Shown: piece after piece, positions 59,908 to 64,000 of the stretch
Layout of the letters: the number at the start of each line of letters is the position of its first letter
Numbering within the stretch: the first letter of the stretch is position 1
NCBI GenBank assembly: GCA_036501085.1
Contig: DASYAZ010000016.1
Coordinates: 8,954 to 72,953 of the forward strand
Origin: Pseudonocardiaceae bacterium
GTDB lineage: Bacteria; Actinomycetota; Actinomycetes; Mycobacteriales; Pseudonocardiaceae
Length of the DNA: 64,000 nucleotides
Reading direction: 5' to 3'
Notes under the pieces: model-generated
What the model was told of the DNA's origin: nothing
What the model saw: only the letters and a program-made list of their open reading frames with translations
The model's database searches: none
Position numbers and translations under genes: made by a program

Positions 59908-61752
59908 TTATTGCTTCCTCAGCTTTGCGGCTAACGCGGGTGAGACGCCCTTCAGCAATAGCTGCTGGCGCACCTCCTCTATGTTCTGGCTAGCCGGAGC
60001 GGACGTATCGAATGCGGCGACGCCCTCGGCTTGAGAAGGTCCTGAGCCATGTGGCGAAACCGCTTCGGCGAAGCGCCTGTAGAGAATCGGATCGGTGGCC
60101 AGATAGAATGCCAATTCTTGCCCAACCTGTCCCAGATCGGCAGGCAACGCGCCCTCTGTGGTGTTCATCAAAGTCGAAAGGGTGGCGTTCAGCCTGGCCC
60201 TCGAATCAATCGGCTCATCGGCAGTGGGCATGTTGCGAACGCCGAGGTCGGCTCGCATGGCTTCGTCGAAGAGATGCGAAAACGTGATTATGCCGCCGCG
60301 GCTCACTGGTGCATGGCCTTCGGGAGCGGCCACCATGATCGGCTCTGTTGTTCCGTCGGGCAGGGGAGCGGCCAGCAGCCTGTCTGCATTTACCAGTCCG
60401 CCGCCGAACTGCCCCGGTGGCCAGCCGGGCATCGGAGTGGCGGTAGCACGGAGCAGTTGTATGAAGGTGGAAGCGATTTTCTCTTTCCCACCGCAAGCCT
60501 GGATTATCTTGTTGCGTCCGTGCTTTGCCAGCCACAGGGCCGCGATACCCGCGACGGTGGCTACGGCAAACGAAGTACCTGACCCCTGCGCCACGTTATC
60601 CAGATCGTCGTCGGGGTTGGCTACAGCGCGCCACACGCGGTCTCCGGGCGCGGTGACGTCCACGGCGGCTCCGCGGGAAGATCCTCTCCATACGCTCTTC
60701 TCTGCGTCGCAGGCCGCCACGGCGACAACCTCTTCGTACGCAGCCGGAAAGACCACGAAGCCAACGCAGTTACCCGCAGCTGCGAGCACTATCACACCTT
60801 TGTTCTTGGCGTAGACAACTGCGTCGTGCAAACGTTCGCTACCAAGGCCTCCCATACTGATAGATATGACGTGCACGTCGGCGTCCGCAGCTTTCTCGAT
60901 GGCCCGCGCCAGGTTCAGGCCGTCCAAAATAACCACACTATTTGACACCCGGAAGGGAATCAGTTTGGCGGCCGGGGCCGCGCCCGAGACGAAGTTGGGC
61001 GGGGTTCCCGAGGGCGGACCTTTCGGGCTTACGATCACACTTGCGGTGCCAGTGCCGTGCCCCGGGTTCCTTCCGAAGCCTCCTTCAAGTTCATCGGTCG
61101 GATCGTTATCGTTGTCGAACAAGTCGAAGCCCTTGTCGACAAGTAGATTGCCTGTGATCTCGGGGTGTTTGCGGTAACCGGTGTCCGGATGTCCGATGAT
61201 TACTCCCTCCCCCTCCTTGTTGTTCCCGCCGGGGAAGTGATTTGCCCACGCTTGCTTGACACCGGCTATGTCCAGGCTCCATTCTCTTTCCTTAGCCTTC
61301 TGAAAGTCGTCGCCCTGGCCGCATGGCCACTCTAATACACCCTCGAATACGGCGGCATCGGGTCGCGGTGCAGCTTCCGCCGCCCCAAGGTTGATAGCCC
61401 AGTCCATCCGGTCCGTAACCCACGCCTTGAACACCGGCTCGGCGCTGATGACACCTCGGTGCGCCCGAAGTTGATAGACAAGCTCCCAGGCTTCCGGAGG
61501 CGTCAGTTCGCCCTCTTCTTTGTAAATCTCGAAATTGCGCCCCCTACCGCCGTAATTTTCGACCTGCCACCCCGGACCAAGGACGTCCGTCACCGCGTTA
61601 CCAGCCTTCTGCCGTGCGCGACCGCTGGTAGTCTTGATCGTAAACGCCTGGAAGACGGGCTCCGGGTAACCGTTCGCGACCGGCGCAGACGTATCGCGAT
61701 TGCTCCCCATGGCACCCTCCTGATGACTAATGCCTACTGTCGCATGATTCAA
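59908..61752 (-). CDS. S8 (subtilisin-family) serine peptidase without signal peptide, with a long C-terminal extension
   Basis: Catalytic triad contexts IIGHPDTGY (Asp), NPGHGTGTASV (His), GSGTSFAVATVAG (Ser). N-terminal I9-propeptide-like segment (GVISAEPVF). GC is lower than the surroundings. Confidence 0.85.
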   Translation of the reverse strand: MNHATVGISHQEGAMGSNRDTSAPVANGYPEPVFQAFTIKTTSGRARQKAGNAVTDVLGPGWQVENYGGRGRNFEIYKEEGELTPPEAWELVYQLRAHRGVISAEPVFKAWVTDRMDWAINLGAAEAAPRPDAAVFEGVLEWPCGQGDDFQKAKEREWSLDIAGVKQAWANHFPGGNNKEGEGVIIGHPDTGYRKHPEITGNLLVDKGFDLFDNDNDPTDELEGGFGRNPGHGTGTASVIVSPKGPPSGTPPNFVSGAAPAAKLIPFRVSNSVVILDGLNLARAIEKAADADVHVISISMGGLGSERLHDAVVYAKNKGVIVLAAAGNCVGFVVFPAAYEEVVAVAACDAEKSVWRGSSRGAAVDVTAPGDRVWRAVANPDDDLDNVAQGSGTSFAVATVAGIAALWLAKHGRNKIIQACGGKEKIASTFIQLLRATATPMPGWPPGQFGGGLVNADRLLAAPLPDGTTEPIMVAAPEGHAPVSRGGIITFSHLFDEAMRADLGVRNMPTADEPIDSRARLNATLSTLMNTTEGALPADLGQVGQELAFYLATDPILYRRFAEAVSPHGSGPSQAEGVAAFDTSAPASQNIEEVRQQLLLKGVSPALAAKLRKQ

Positions 61753-61799
61753 CTATCCCGGAACCACAACCGGGCCGCGATGCCGAGCTCGCTGTCGGG

Positions 61800-64000
61800 T
61801 TATTCGATGCCGATCCAGTTCACTCGCCACTGGCCCGCGTTGGCCTCGGCCGGTGCGAGCGGCGTGCCGTCTGACCAGCGCAGGTAGACGCGGAAGCCGT
61901 TCGGGGTCGGGTTGGACACGCAGTTGCCTCCTGTCGTGGCCCAGTGAGACGAGCTGCCGCTCAACGAGGTGACGTAGACGGGTGTCGTCCGGAACATTCC
62001 CTCGCTGGTATCGACATCGAGGTAGATACCGATCGGCGAGTGGACCAGCCACCCATCCCCGGCACGGGTTGTGCCCCCAACAACTCGCGCTGTGCTCACC
62101 GCGCCGGCCCCTGCTGTTGATGAGACGAGACGTTGTGCGAGGTTGTTGTCGAATGGCACCAATTGCCAGTGCGGGATCGGACCGTTGACGGTGTCCGCGT
62201 TGCTGAGGTCACCCGGCACACCTGACACATCTGGTGCTGACACGCTGGCGAGGAGAGATTCCCGGCCGGAAACCTGAGGCGTCCACTCGAACGGGCCCAC
62301 CACCATCTGACCTCCGGGGGAAAGCGGACCGGCGGCGGAAAGCTGTGGCGTCGTGACCGCATGCCACCCGGTAGGCCACACAAGTCCGCCAGCCGGATCG
62401 CCTTGGAGGACCTTTACCACGACGTTGTCGGCCGGTTGCGTTCCCCGATTCTTCACGCGCACATAGACATAGTTCGTCTGGCCCAGCTGGGAGTCCTCGT
62501 GGGTCCCAATCCCATCGGCCGCCTGCCTGTTCCAAATATCGACCGTGGCCGCAGAATCGGGCAGGTAGGGCAGGTACCCACCATCCCTGCCGTCGTCGAT
62601 GTAGACATCGATCGGTGGCGGTGCACCTGGTCGGGTTACCGGGGTAGGCGCTCCGGCCGGCTGGTAGAGACCCTGCTGCTCGAAACTCCACCGGATGACC
62701 TTGTGCCAGGTGCCCCCGGAGTGGCCCTCGAAGACGGTGGTGCTGTCGTCAGCGTCCATCAATGCCGTGGCGAACACCCTGGGATCGCGGGTCGTCACCG
62801 TGAGCGTACCGATTGCTTTGCAAATCAGAAACGCAAGGTAACGGGCCGCGGAACGTTGGACTGCGATGTCGGCGTCGTCTCCCCCCGTCGCGCGATAGAC
62901 GCGGAAAAGCAGCGTCGACAAAATCTGCTCGCTGCCGTACTGCCTGTCGTCGCGCGACCCTCCCCAGGCCCATCCGGCAGCCACGTCTCGATCGTGGCGT
63001 CGATCGAGACCCGGAAATGGGAAGGTCTGGAACCGGTCGGGTGCCTTGGATCCGGGATCGTGCAAGATCGCGGCCAGTGTGTCGCCCGCACTATGGCAGA
63101 AGCCGAAGTTCGGCGAGTTCACATGGTCCCACAGCAGGGCGTGCCCGAACTCATGGAGCACCACTCTTGGATCAGTTGCGATCCCTACCGGGCACCCCGC
63201 CCGGACGACCCCGTTCCGGTACCTTCCCATTCCATTGCCCGCCGCGTTGCCGTGAGCAGCAGCATTGACCTGGTTGGCGAACCCTTGATGGTCGACTGGG
63301 ACGGGAAAGCTCGTACCGTCAAAGTAAGTGGCGATGTTGAAACCCATGCCCTCGACCAGACGGTAGGCACCGTCGTAGTGCACGTAGGCGTTGGCAGCTG
63401 CGAAGTCGTTGGAGATAGCGGAATAGCAGAACGAGAAAGGGGTGGTTGTCGTCGGGGCCGCGACCACGGGAGCGTCGGTATCCATCAACTGCACGAAGTT
63501 TCCGCGCAGCTCCTGTATGCCGCCCGCAGGAGGAACCAGTCCCAGTAGCGTCACATCCGTCCGGGCCACGTTCAGGTCCGCCTCGGCGGAACAGCCGGTG
63601 GAGACCGTTCCCGTCAAGGTGACGGGGTCGGCCACGAAGACACATGCCGTGGCGGACGCCACCTGGGCGATCAGGCGGAGGACCGACAGGGTCTCCGGCT
63701 CTATCAATGCGAGCCAGTTCACGCTGCCCCACTGCGGGTGCGGGGCCTCGAAGTTCACCTGGCGAACGACATAATCGCGCCCCTCCCTGATGCTGGTGGA
63801 GACATCCGGGACCGGCAGGATCGGCGGCCCCCCCTGCAGGGCTCCGCCTTCTCCGACCCCGGTGTTCTCATCGAAGCGCTCGCTGGCGAGGTACTCGTAG
63901 ATGACCATGTCTGTCGCGTGAATCGCGAAACCCTGGGTGCCAGCCGGATCAAGACCCAGCGCCGCCCTCACCTGAGCTGGGTCATCGCCAGTGAACCCGG
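61800..64000 (-). CDS. HExxH zinc-metallopeptidase-like multidomain protein, 5' end outside the window
   Basis: VVLHEFGHALLWDH zincin motif. A CARDB-like segment (NYVYVRVKNRGTQPADNVVVKV). The frame stays open upstream of the first in-window start (GTG 63971) up to position 64000. GC is lower than the surroundings. Confidence 0.7.
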   Translation of the reverse strand, partial: GFTGDDPAQVRAALGLDPAGTQGFAIHATDMVIYEYLASERFDENTGVGEGGALQGGPPILPVPDVSTSIREGRDYVVRQVNFEAPHPQWGSVNWLALIEPETLSVLRLIAQVASATACVFVADPVTLTGTVSTGCSAEADLNVARTDVTLLGLVPPAGGIQELRGNFVQLMDTDAPVVAAPTTTTPFSFCYSAISNDFAAANAYVHYDGAYRLVEGMGFNIATYFDGTSFPVPVDHQGFANQVNAAAHGNAAGNGMGRYRNGVVRAGCPVGIATDPRVVLHEFGHALLWDHVNSPNFGFCHSAGDTLAAILHDPGSKAPDRFQTFPFPGLDRRHDRDVAAGWAWGGSRDDRQYGSEQILSTLLFRVYRATGGDDADIAVQRSAARYLAFLICKAIGTLTVTTRDPRVFATALMDADDSTTVFEGHSGGTWHKVIRWSFEQQGLYQPAGAPTPVTRPGAPPPIDVYIDDGRDGGYLPYLPDSAATVDIWNRQAADGIGTHEDSQLGQTNYVYVRVKNRGTQPADNVVVKVLQGDPAGGLVWPTGWHAVTTPQLSAAGPLSPGGQMVVGPFEWTPQVSGRESLLASVSAPDVSGVPGDLSNADTVNGPIPHWQLVPFDNNLAQRLVSSTAGAGAVSTARVVGGTTRAGDGWLVHSPIGIYLDVDTSEGMFRTTPVYVTSLSGSSSHWATTGGNCVSNPTPNGFRVYLRWSDGTPLAPAEANAGQWRVNWIGIE

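Overview
High-GC actinomycete chromosomal window, about 70% GC or more by eye. All homology calls come from reading the ORF translations and from remembered family motifs and sequences; no searches were run.

(1) 1-23.4 kb: a halogenase-containing indolocarbazole-type bisindole biosynthetic cluster. It holds a Trp oxidase, chromopyrrolic-acid synthase, StaP/RebP-like P450, RebC-like FMO, RebH-like Trp halogenase, flavin reductase and a LAL regulator. No glycosyltransferase is present, and the tailoring set is unusual: two family-2 OMT paralogs, three class I MT paralogs (one fused to a polytopic membrane domain), an extra FMO, an SDR and a second P450.

(2) 23.6-26.6 kb: a tightly translationally coupled operon with the order MauE-like membrane protein, thioredoxin-like protein, then a Tat-signal Cys-rich small protein. 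This mirrors mauE-mauD-mauA but has no recognisable methylamine dehydrogenase. I consider it the best candidate for an undescribed system.

(3) 26.7-33.4 kb: NeuB/NeuC-type sugar genes with an embedded MntA/HepT toxin-antitoxin pair.

(4) Thiamine genes at two loci (thiC-thiD; thiO-thiS-thiG-MOSC divergent from thiE), each locus with a TPP riboswitch.

(5) A roughly 63-nt palindromic repeat family with two copies. One copy forms the 3' end of thiC.

(6) A BacNav-type voltage-gated channel with an acidic TTDDW filter.

(7) Two lower-GC islands. One (51.9-54.4 kb) carries a cupin-like gene, an HD-domain gene, an orphan and a membrane protein gene. The other (59.9-64 kb) carries an S8 peptidase and an HExxH protein.

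The rest is housekeeping or ordinary genes: a two-component system, a Mo-oxidoreductase, acyl-ACP desaturase, PlsC, proteases and methyltransferases. I found no rRNA, tRNA, CRISPR array, transposase or integrase.
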